Notes under the pieces: generated by a model | What the model was told of the DNA's origin: nothing | What the model saw: only the letters and a program-made list of their open reading frames with translations | Databases searched by the model: none | Origin: a virus | Lineage: Duplodnaviria; Caudoviricetes | Reading direction: 5' to 3' (one strand) | Virus record (IMG/VR): IMGVR_UViG_3300010885_031309 | DNA: 64,000 nt | Translations under genes and position numbers: made by a program | Shown here: positions 38,630 through 47,073 of the stretch, piece after piece | How positions within the stretch are numbered: position 1 is the stretch's first letter | Layout: every line of letters starts with the position of its first letter

Positions 38630-39429
38630 AGATACGAGATTTATTAGAGAGTAAAATTCTAGTAGAAGGAGTACATGATCCCGCTATATTTAAGGCTGTG
38701 TTTGTAATTGGCGGCCCAGGTAGTGGTAAGAGTAAAGTTAGTGAATTATTGGCATTAAAATCGTTGGGTTTTGTTACTGTTAATAGCGACGAGGCGTTTT
38801 CTCACTTACTAACAAAACACGGTCTTAGTCTAAAAATGCCCCCAGAGGAAGAAACACAGCGTAGCGTTATGCGATCCCGTGCAAAAGAGATAACAGCTAA
38901 TAAAATGCAGCTTGCTCTTGACGGAAGATTGGGTGTTGTAATTGACGGAACAGGTGAAGATTACAGAAAAATAGCTGCAATTCATACAAACTTGAAAGAA
39001 ATGGGATATGAAAGTTTTTTGATCATAGTATATGCGAGTTTGGAAACAGCACTGCGTAGAAATGCAAAACGAGAGCGTAGTGTTCCAGAAACAATTGTTG
39101 AGAAAAAATGGCGCGGCGTACAAGAAAATTTGGATGAATTTTTGTTGACTTTTGAACACAGTACTATCATTGATAACAATGGAAACTTGAATGAATTAAT
39201 TCCACAGACTGAACATGTTTATAAAATGGTTGCACAGTGGTCTAAATCAGAACCCAGTAGTGATGAAGCTCAAACATGGATCAATGATCAGCTTGGTATC
39301 ACTGATGAACCCGACGAATACGATGATGTTGAAGACGACGATATTGAAGACGATGATATTGAAGATGATGAGCATGAAGATGACACTGACAGTGCTGAAG
39401 ATAACGATACTAATACAAAATTAAAATGA
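38626..39429 (+). CDS. P-loop kinase (zeta-toxin/AAA_33-like) with acidic tail
   Basis: GTG start overlapping the dps stop (GTGA). GVHDPAIFKAVFVIGGPGSGKS, VNSDE, VVIDGTG, RNAKRERSVP. Confidence 0.8.
   Translation: MKIRDLLESKILVEGVHDPAIFKAVFVIGGPGSGKSKVSELLALKSLGFVTVNSDEAFSHLLTKHGLSLKMPPEEETQRSVMRSRAKEITANKMQLALDGRLGVVIDGTGEDYRKIAAIHTNLKEMGYESFLIIVYASLETALRRNAKRERSVPETIVEKKWRGVQENLDEFLLTFEHSTIIDNNGNLNELIPQTEHVYKMVAQWSKSEPSSDEAQTWINDQLGITDEPDEYDDVEDDDIEDDDIEDDEHEDDTDSAEDNDTNTKLK
39331..39390 (+). repeat. degenerate 15-bp tandem repeat x4 encoding EDDDI-type acidic tail
   Basis: gaagacgacgatatt / gaagacgatgatatt / gaagatgatgagcat / gaagatgacactgac. Confidence 0.75.
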
Positions 39430-39845
39430 ACCACTGGATGACTTATGTTAAGGCTGCATATGAAGTCATTATGATGGCAGAGTCCAAGTCATCAGTGATT
39501 TTGGATCACGAGACCGAGGCATTTGTAGTTCACACATTTGCCAGATATATGGAACAACCTAATATACCTACTGATGTAATCGCAATCAAAATGATGACTG
39601 CTGTTAGTGAGCGTGGCGAAAAGCAAAAACACGCATTTCAACAAATTGCAGAAGAATGTTTGCTTATAAATGGGTTAGAATTGAATAGTCGTCGCTGGCC
39701 AACTAAAAACTACTACAGCGATATGGGCAAACTAGCACTGGAGCATCGTGCCTGGGTTGACCGTCCTCCAGAATTATTATACGAAAAAATTGCATATCAA
39801 TTTGACAACATCAGCAGAGTGTTGCACTCTATTAGACACGTCTAA
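39426..39845 (+). CDS. hypothetical helical protein
   Basis: 139-aa ORF, ATGA overlap. Confidence 0.7.
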   Translation: MNHWMTYVKAAYEVIMMAESKSSVILDHETEAFVVHTFARYMEQPNIPTDVIAIKMMTAVSERGEKQKHAFQQIAEECLLINGLELNSRRWPTKNYYSDMGKLALEHRAWVDRPPELLYEKIAYQFDNISRVLHSIRHV

Positions 39846-39903
39846 TTTACTCGTTCAGTTCTAGTAGAACAACTCAATCTGTGTTTGTGCATAAATACTA
39901 ATT

Positions 39904-40479
39904 ATGCATATATCAGAAGTCACCGAACAAAACACTGTTGATGATATTTCACCAGAGTTGCAACAGTTAATTGATATCGCCGGCAAAACTGGCGATAAGA
40001 TGGCTGCATCTAGCAAATACAAATATCAATTGTTTGTTCCACGCAAAACTGCGGTGTATGAAGACTTCAAGCCAAATGCAGAGCGCTGGACTAGTACCGC
40101 GATAAAACGCGGAGATACATACACTAGCGAGTGGGTAGAATGGTGTCATTTTAACATGCCACGATGGATAGATAATACTGGAACACTCTATCGTATAGAG
40201 CCTGGAGCAAAAATTCTGCACATTGGCAGTGATCGTCGTGCTATTGAGATTGCTAAATTATTCGGTAGACAATACAAAACTAGAAATTACGAACGATTAG
40301 GAAACTATCCGTGGAAAGAGTTAGGACTGTATTTTGATGCCATACATTATCCGGCAAGATTACGTCGTAGATATGACAACATATTGATGAGTTCATGGGA
40401 TGTAGAAAGCACTGCCTGGTATAACACTAACAAACTCACTGTTATTAAACAAGTGCAAGTTAAGGCGCGAGGTTGGTAG
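39904..40479 (+). CDS. hypothetical protein with MHISEVTE leader, possible ADP-ribosyltransferase-like fold
   Basis: WTS...SEWVEWC...FDAIHY...SWDVESTAW. The fold call is tentative. Confidence 0.6.
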   Translation: MHISEVTEQNTVDDISPELQQLIDIAGKTGDKMAASSKYKYQLFVPRKTAVYEDFKPNAERWTSTAIKRGDTYTSEWVEWCHFNMPRWIDNTGTLYRIEPGAKILHIGSDRRAIEIAKLFGRQYKTRNYERLGNYPWKELGLYFDAIHYPARLRRRYDNILMSSWDVESTAWYNTNKLTVIKQVQVKARGW

Positions 40480-40480
40480 T

Positions 40481-42226
40481 ATGAACATATTAGAAGTTAC
40501 ACAACAAGATACTGTTACATTACAAGACTTATATGGCGGAAATTACCCAGACGATACTGAGTTATTTTGGCAATTCGTAACTCCTGGTGACTTAACTGTT
40601 CCGTTGACAATAGAGCGACTAAGTTCACACAAAATTAAATCAATATTTGAAATTCAATATCATGTTGATGACATAGAAGATTTATTGTTTCGTCTGCGAG
40701 ATGAACAAAAAGAAACACTAGCACAGTATAGAGCAAGTACGCAGCTTGCTAATAGCATAGTAATTATTGCTGCTGGAAAAATCATTGACGGCAATCATAG
40801 AGCGTTGGCGGCAGCATTAAACAACATGTCTATCAGAGCCGTTGATTTATCCGAATTAGATGAAACAAGAACGGATGAAATGTTGAATGAATTAAACTTC
40901 AATAAATCGGTTCAATACACTAGAGACGCAAAACCCAAATCTCCCATGATATCAGATGAGATTAGCTTTACGGCAGAAATTCCAATCAATGATGTGATCA
41001 CTGATAAATTAAATGTTGTTTTTGATGTCTATAATGTCTACAAAAAAGAAAAAGCATTGGAAATATCATTTTCCGTCAATGATGACTGGGAGCCTACTGG
41101 TCGTGGAAACTTTGTGTTGATATTATCAACTGTAAAGTCTATAGTTTCTAATGAATTGCCAAAAATATTGAATGCTGATCAGCAAATTGTAAGACTTGTT
41201 TTTACTGCCGCTCGTGACCAGTCAGGAAGAGTAAAACACTATCGCAACACTGTTGTTCCATTTATCACCACTCTTCTAAACAAAACAAATAACACTGGTG
41301 GTTGGGTATACAGTGAAGATAATAAATCTGAACTACACAATATTCGGTTTGTATGGGAAAAAAACGCACAGCAAATTCCAGTGGATGAAATGGCAATGAA
41401 AAGTTACACACCACTCGGTGATTTTAGTGCACCGGGACCATTCAAAGACCCAGATTACAAATTGGTAGTTCATCCTACACACATTAAGAAGGTTGAAAGC
41501 TTCTTTAAGAACACCAACCAAGATTTTAGATTTTTCGTATCCAACTTACCTAAATTAAGAAAATATCGCGAGAGTGGAGAAGCAACCGCAGAAGAACTGG
41601 AAAAAATATTTGGACCAAAAATCTCACAGCAAATACTACAAGGGTCAGATGAAGCCATAACAGTAGTGTTTATGGGCAACTATGGTCTTAATAGAGTTAT
41701 GATGACTCCCTGGACTATGGCACATAGAATAGGACATGCCATCGCCGCCAGTGACGGTTATGGTACTAATACTCAGAGATCTATTCCAGAATGGCCAAGA
41801 TTGCGAGATGAATTCAGAAAGAGCACAGAAAAAATACTATCAACTTATTATGGAGTCTATTCTTCTATTATGCCATATGGCCGTTATTCTTATATTGAAG
41901 ATGCTAAAAGAGCATTGTATTACGGGCTTGGCACAACAAAGTCAAGTAGAGAACGCAACTTAAACACTTCAACTGAATTTATATATGAACAGTTAGCTCT
42001 TTTTATTTTAAAGGGCACTGTAGTTCTGAATCCGCTGCCAGTGAGCGTTGGGTACGGTCGTGTAGTAGGATGGAAGAACAAATCATACGAAAAGTATTTG
42101 AACATTAAATCAGAATTTCGCGATGAACCAGCGAGACAGCAAGCATCACAAAAATTAGCACATGAGTTGAACGGTTTACTGAACGATTTCTTATGGGCTG
42201 CTGTTGGTCGTGTGTTCATTATGTAA
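40481..42226 (+). CDS. multidomain protein: ParB/Srx-like domain, unknown domain, zincin-like HRxxH domain
   Basis: IIDGNHRALAA; TPWTMAHRIGHAI; domains separated by LNE| and VDE| sites. Confidence 0.65.
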   Translation: MNILEVTQQDTVTLQDLYGGNYPDDTELFWQFVTPGDLTVPLTIERLSSHKIKSIFEIQYHVDDIEDLLFRLRDEQKETLAQYRASTQLANSIVIIAAGKIIDGNHRALAAALNNMSIRAVDLSELDETRTDEMLNELNFNKSVQYTRDAKPKSPMISDEISFTAEIPINDVITDKLNVVFDVYNVYKKEKALEISFSVNDDWEPTGRGNFVLILSTVKSIVSNELPKILNADQQIVRLVFTAARDQSGRVKHYRNTVVPFITTLLNKTNNTGGWVYSEDNKSELHNIRFVWEKNAQQIPVDEMAMKSYTPLGDFSAPGPFKDPDYKLVVHPTHIKKVESFFKNTNQDFRFFVSNLPKLRKYRESGEATAEELEKIFGPKISQQILQGSDEAITVVFMGNYGLNRVMMTPWTMAHRIGHAIAASDGYGTNTQRSIPEWPRLRDEFRKSTEKILSTYYGVYSSIMPYGRYSYIEDAKRALYYGLGTTKSSRERNLNTSTEFIYEQLALFILKGTVVLNPLPVSVGYGRVVGWKNKSYEKYLNIKSEFRDEPARQQASQKLAHELNGLLNDFLWAAVGRVFIM

Positions 42227-42240
42227 ACTAAATAGCTATT

Positions 42241-44784
42241 ATGAAAACTAATGAGATAACTTTAACAGAAGCAGCAATGAATCCAAGTGAGTTCGGGAAT
42301 GCTATTGCTCAGTCGGAGAATATGGGTGTACTTGTGGGATTTGAGTTTGAGTTTTGTTTTCCTAAAAATAAAATACAGGAACTTTTCTTATCTAAAGTTG
42401 GCGACTCAATTGATAAACAAGTCAGATATATACTTTCAATAAAATTAATTCGCGATAACGTAGCTAAATTAGACATAATATCTTTTTCCAAAATTATTAC
42501 TTCTGTAGATAAAAAACCCACACTTGAAGTGTATAAGAATTATATTGATAGTGTTTTATCTTCATTTATAAATGAGTACAATAAAACTACCGCAGAATTA
42601 TTGAAGCTGATAAATGGTGCAATTTATAATAAATACGATATAAACAATGTAGTATCATTGGGTGCAAAATTCAAATGGCTAAACCCAATACTTCAATTAG
42701 AGCATAGAAAACAAGAAATTCAATATATTGCATTGCTATCTGATATTATCAGATCAAATCTGCTTGATACTATTTTTGTGCAGAAAATTAATGCTAAAAA
42801 TTTAAATTTTAAAAATCAAGCAAGAAAATTAGCAGACGCGGCAAGATTTGCACTTTCATTACTGAAAACAGCGGACTTCATAACAGCGATAGAGCGTGAA
42901 TTTGGTAATGTCAGTGACGACGATTATGCAGACAATTATACGATTGATCATAAAGGGTTGCAATCAGAATTTCGTGTTACTAGTTTCTCTGAACTTATCA
43001 AAAACCCAGGATGGTATGAAATGGGCGCAGTAATGAAGATGTTGTGCGAAAAATATCTAAATACGAAACCAATATTGTTTAATTCCTACCATGAACGTAA
43101 AAAAGATAGTACACATTGGTATATAGAACCTGATGGTAGTTTACGACCAACTAGCGAAGAAATATCATTGGAGTTTGTTAGCCCTCCAATGAAGCCGCGT
43201 GATGCTATACAGGCACTGCAAATTTTTTATCAAATGGCCAGTGATTATGAATTCAGAACGTCCAAAGAAAGAAAAACTGGATGTCACATAAACGTAAGCA
43301 TTCCTGATAAAATAGATTTGATGAAGTTAGCACTATTTACTGGCGATCAATATATTCTACAGCAGTTTGGTCGCGAGAACAATTCATATGCTCGTAGTGT
43401 TTATGCTGAGCTAAAGTCAAAAAAAATTAGTTCTGCGCTATATTCTATTGACGATAAGTTCACTTTGAAAACTATTGCTGACATAGCAGAAAGGACCATG
43501 GATTCTCATTCTGCCAGTATAAGTGCAGAATCTGATAAAAAATTCATAAGCTTTCGTGGAGTAGGTAGTGATTACTTATCGCAATTTCAAAATGTGGTCA
43601 ACGCTAGTGCTAGATTCGTGCGATCAATGATGATAGCCAGTGATCCTACTCTTTATAGAGACGACTATCTCAAAAAACTTTATACATTATTGAAGAAATA
43701 TCCATCTACAACAACATCGGCGCAGCGTACACGAAAAAAAGTTGAACGAATTAGAACTCTGCGTAATACTATCGAGAGTGAAGGAATTCCAGTTCTAATA
43801 ATAGATGCTTATGTTAGAGATGGAGCTAAAAAGCTCAAAGACGCATTTACATCAGACAGTTCATTTTTATATAACCTAATTCCAGGTAATACCAAAACCA
43901 ATGTTGGATTTATTGTTCAAGTAGATAAAAAACAAGAGGTCATTGACAATTTGATATCTGCTATTAGTACTAATCAGAATGACGTTAAATATTATAATTC
44001 ACCATGGGACAAAGATGAGACAGTAACTGCCATAACAAATAGTGCTGATGGTGTTTATCGTGTAATTTTTTATCCAAAAACTATGCTTGGGTACAACCAA
44101 TTTAGGAAGAGACTACAAAAAGGTCCGGACAAATCACTAAATCATATACGAGTTCAGATGCCAGGATCCTCTATCATGCGATATTATGGGTGGAGACTAA
44201 ATTCATTTAGTATGATGCCTGGCAGTAGTGAATTTGCTACTAAGCTGACTGCTAATATCAAAGCAGAAATTGGAAATGTACTAGATGATCTGAAAAAAAC
44301 CAAAACCAGAAGGCGAAAGCTTCCGGAATCTGTGAGCAAAGCACCCATATACTATTTTGCGTATGGAATGCTAACTAGCGACAGAATAATGAATCAATAT
44401 GCTGCCAATAAAATTGGATCAGCAGCGTTGTCTGGATATAAATTTGAATTACTTGGACATGCCAATGTGATTAGAGATAATCAACATACATGTCAGGGTG
44501 TGTTGTGGCAAATTGACGCAGAAACATTACAAGAGTTGGATGCATTAGAAGGATATCCCGACTACTATACCAGAAAAAAGGTTCGCGTCGTTAGCAAAAA
44601 CAAAACATATAACGCCTGGGTATACACTATGACTGACTCTAGTAGAGCAAATTCATATGAACACGGACATCCATCTAATAATTATGTTAATACCATTGCT
44701 GCTGGGTATCGTAGTGCTGGAATGTCATTCAATCAATTGAACGCGGCAATAAGAGAACTAAACAGTAGATTTGAAGAACAATGA
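42241..44784 (+). CDS. putative amidoligase (COOH-NH2 ligase type) fused to C-terminal gamma-glutamylcyclotransferase
   Basis: VGFEFEF, IEPDGSL, LEFVSPP, TGCHINVS, SFRGVG. C-terminal YYFAYGML...LDALEGYPDYY (GGCT/AIG2). Confidence 0.85.
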   Translation: MKTNEITLTEAAMNPSEFGNAIAQSENMGVLVGFEFEFCFPKNKIQELFLSKVGDSIDKQVRYILSIKLIRDNVAKLDIISFSKIITSVDKKPTLEVYKNYIDSVLSSFINEYNKTTAELLKLINGAIYNKYDINNVVSLGAKFKWLNPILQLEHRKQEIQYIALLSDIIRSNLLDTIFVQKINAKNLNFKNQARKLADAARFALSLLKTADFITAIEREFGNVSDDDYADNYTIDHKGLQSEFRVTSFSELIKNPGWYEMGAVMKMLCEKYLNTKPILFNSYHERKKDSTHWYIEPDGSLRPTSEEISLEFVSPPMKPRDAIQALQIFYQMASDYEFRTSKERKTGCHINVSIPDKIDLMKLALFTGDQYILQQFGRENNSYARSVYAELKSKKISSALYSIDDKFTLKTIADIAERTMDSHSASISAESDKKFISFRGVGSDYLSQFQNVVNASARFVRSMMIASDPTLYRDDYLKKLYTLLKKYPSTTTSAQRTRKKVERIRTLRNTIESEGIPVLIIDAYVRDGAKKLKDAFTSDSSFLYNLIPGNTKTNVGFIVQVDKKQEVIDNLISAISTNQNDVKYYNSPWDKDETVTAITNSADGVYRVIFYPKTMLGYNQFRKRLQKGPDKSLNHIRVQMPGSSIMRYYGWRLNSFSMMPGSSEFATKLTANIKAEIGNVLDDLKKTKTRRRKLPESVSKAPIYYFAYGMLTSDRIMNQYAANKIGSAALSGYKFELLGHANVIRDNQHTCQGVLWQIDAETLQELDALEGYPDYYTRKKVRVVSKNKTYNAWVYTMTDSSRANSYEHGHPSNNYVNTIAAGYRSAGMSFNQLNAAIRELNSRFEEQ

Positions 44785-45506
44785 AAACAAAAGAAATAAT
44801 TTCAGAAGTTAAACTGCCAGCGACACTTCGGAGTATTCTTTATAACAAGGGATATAAATTTCTTGGAGCTGGAGTTGAACACAGTGTGTGGCAGGGTCCA
44901 GACAACTATGTTTACAAAATATTGCCTCCGCGATTTATCAAGGAAGAAACAGCAAAAGAACTTCACTTTGGCAGTCTAAGCCCAGAAGACTTGTACATGA
45001 CAGCATCTCAGCGTTGTTTTATCAGTTGGGTTGAGTATTGTCAACAACATCAATCAAATAATTTCTTGCCATTTTTTGACGACTGGCAACCATTCACGCA
45101 CAAGTTTATTCGCAACGACAAAACTTACTACTACATGTATATACAGTGTAGAACAGAAAGATTATTTCAGTTGTCACTAGAATGGAGCAGAGCATTACAA
45201 GAATTGGCACATGATATTACAGTTGGAAAACTACCCAAAGATCGTTTATATGATAGATTAAAATATGATTTATACGATCAGCGAGTATACGAGGTAATTA
45301 GTCATATGGGAGCAAAAGAGACAGGCATATTCTATGACACGATAGTTGAACTAGAACAGATAGCAAAAACCAACAGTTATAGACTTGATCTACACGGTGA
45401 TAATTTTATGTTGGGCAGCGATGGACATATAGTAATCAATGATCCATTTTTTATTAGATACAGCAATGCTTCTACTCTTGGAACAAATTATTTTAATATG
45501 AGCTAA
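44781..45506 (+). CDS. protein-kinase-fold enzyme
   Basis: Gly loop FLGAGVEHSVW, VYKI lysine, catalytic DLHGDNFM, VINDP. Confidence 0.8.
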   Translation: MKTKEIISEVKLPATLRSILYNKGYKFLGAGVEHSVWQGPDNYVYKILPPRFIKEETAKELHFGSLSPEDLYMTASQRCFISWVEYCQQHQSNNFLPFFDDWQPFTHKFIRNDKTYYYMYIQCRTERLFQLSLEWSRALQELAHDITVGKLPKDRLYDRLKYDLYDQRVYEVISHMGAKETGIFYDTIVELEQIAKTNSYRLDLHGDNFMLGSDGHIVINDPFFIRYSNASTLGTNYFNMS

Positions 45507-45557
45507 TGTGGATTTATATAGAGTTAAACAGTTAATTCAGACAAAAGGGACAACACA

Positions 45558-46472
45558 ATGAAGATCAGCGATTTTCGTATTCACAGCACTGACAAGTTAG
45601 ACGCCATGCTAGCCGAGTGTGTCAGCTTGATACTTGAGCATCAACAACAGGACAGTAAACATTGGGGCATGGTTGCCGCATGTGTATTGGATATGGACAA
45701 TCGCGTCGTGTATGGAGTTAATCATGCCATGCCAGATGGCACCCGCAAACACGCAGAACGAGTGGCTATTGACAACTACCGTGAACAATATGGATCAAAT
45801 CTGGAACATTGTATTGTAATAACTACACTGAGTCCGTGTAGCGAAGATATGGATGAACGACATGGTGATAGTTGCACCAATTTAATCAATGAAGTTGGAA
45901 TTCACAAAGTCTATTGTGGTTATAAAGATCCAAGTCAGCAACACAGTGATGCGTATTTACACAAGCACTTTCATGTTAAATCTACTCGCAATCCAAAATT
46001 GAATGAACTCTGTAAGAAACTGGCAGACACATTTTTAAAATCGGACGACGAGCAATTGACTGAAAATTTTCCTGGAAAAAATAAAAACAATATATACACT
46101 TTATTAGTAAACAGTGTTGGAGCTGGCCCATTTGATGGCGGATGCGTTATTTTTGCCAGAGCACTACAAATGATTTATGGTGGAGAGATAGTGGCATTGA
46201 TTGGATATGCACAGAGTTCTGTTGCATCCAAAAATCCAACTGCACAACATGCTGCACTGTTAGTTGACGGTCGTATGATAGATGCGGACGGAATCAAGTC
46301 ACAAGACGAGTTTGTTCGTAATTTTGAAAATAATGAATTAAAACATGTGGGTGGAAAAATAATCGGAATAAGACCACTGCACAATTCGGATCTATCAGAA
46401 GCACCTCGTGACGAACAACTATCGGCAAAAATATCCAAACTTTTAAAGTCCTCTAGTGCCAAAATAAGTTGA
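45558..46472 (+). CDS. zinc deaminase (RibD/cytidine deaminase-like) fused to a papain/transglutaminase-like Cys-His-Asp domain
   Basis: KHAERVA; TLSPC-x11-C; VYCGYKDP. Second domain DGGCVIFARAL...HAALLVDGRMIDADG. Confidence 0.75.
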   Translation: MKISDFRIHSTDKLDAMLAECVSLILEHQQQDSKHWGMVAACVLDMDNRVVYGVNHAMPDGTRKHAERVAIDNYREQYGSNLEHCIVITTLSPCSEDMDERHGDSCTNLINEVGIHKVYCGYKDPSQQHSDAYLHKHFHVKSTRNPKLNELCKKLADTFLKSDDEQLTENFPGKNKNNIYTLLVNSVGAGPFDGGCVIFARALQMIYGGEIVALIGYAQSSVASKNPTAQHAALLVDGRMIDADGIKSQDEFVRNFENNELKHVGGKIIGIRPLHNSDLSEAPRDEQLSAKISKLLKSSSAKIS

Positions 46473-46496
46473 CATTTTACGCAAGTGTAGTAAGAT
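46469..46496 (+). promoter_or_regulatory. sigma70-like promoter TTGACA-N16-TAAGAT for the replication operon
   Basis: Upstream of RBS AAGGAG and ATG 46526. Confidence 0.6.
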
Positions 46497-46525
46497 ACAT
46501 ATTTATCTATCTACAAGGAGTAATA

Positions 46526-46807
46526 ATGTCTGATACCGAAAGTTTTGATACCCCAGTAACCTTTAGCGGTGACCAAAAGAAGAAGCTAACACAGGTAATT
46601 AACGAAGGCATGCAGGTTCTACACGAGGTAGACACTCTAAATGAGGGTCTAAGTGAAACCATTAAGGCAATTGCCGAAGAACTAAACATCAAGTCATCTG
46701 TGCTAAAACGGGCAATCAAAATCGCTCACAAGGCAGAATTTCATAAATCACAAAAAGAACAAGAATTGTTGGAAACCATTCTAACTACGGCTGGAAAAAC
46801 TCTGTAA
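46526..46807 (+). CDS. T4 DsbA / GapR-like dsDNA-binding protein
   Basis: Helical pattern LNEGLSETIKAIAEELNIKSSVLKRAIKIAHK; AAGGAG RBS. Confidence 0.65.
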   Translation: MSDTESFDTPVTFSGDQKKKLTQVINEGMQVLHEVDTLNEGLSETIKAIAEELNIKSSVLKRAIKIAHKAEFHKSQKEQELLETILTTAGKTL

Positions 46808-47073
46808 TGAGCAGCAGCATTCAAGCCATTCACGACGACGAAGCTCAATGGGCCTACATTCGTCGTGTGGCAAACATTCCTGAAGTGTCATGGAGTGTTT
46901 ATAGCAGAGAGGCGACCGTTGCAAAACAGGGTTATACTGAACATGTTTATACCGGTAAACAGCTTAAGCTGTATGTCAAGCAACAGTGTGAATTGAATGA
47001 CTTGAAGCAGCGCCATTCCGCTGAATGGAAAGAACTTGCACTACTACTTGATTTGGAGAACAAATACGGATGA
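46807..47073 (+). CDS. hypothetical protein
   Basis: 88-aa ORF coupled to both neighbours. Confidence 0.6.
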   Translation: MSSSIQAIHDDEAQWAYIRRVANIPEVSWSVYSREATVAKQGYTEHVYTGKQLKLYVKQQCELNDLKQRHSAEWKELALLLDLENKYG

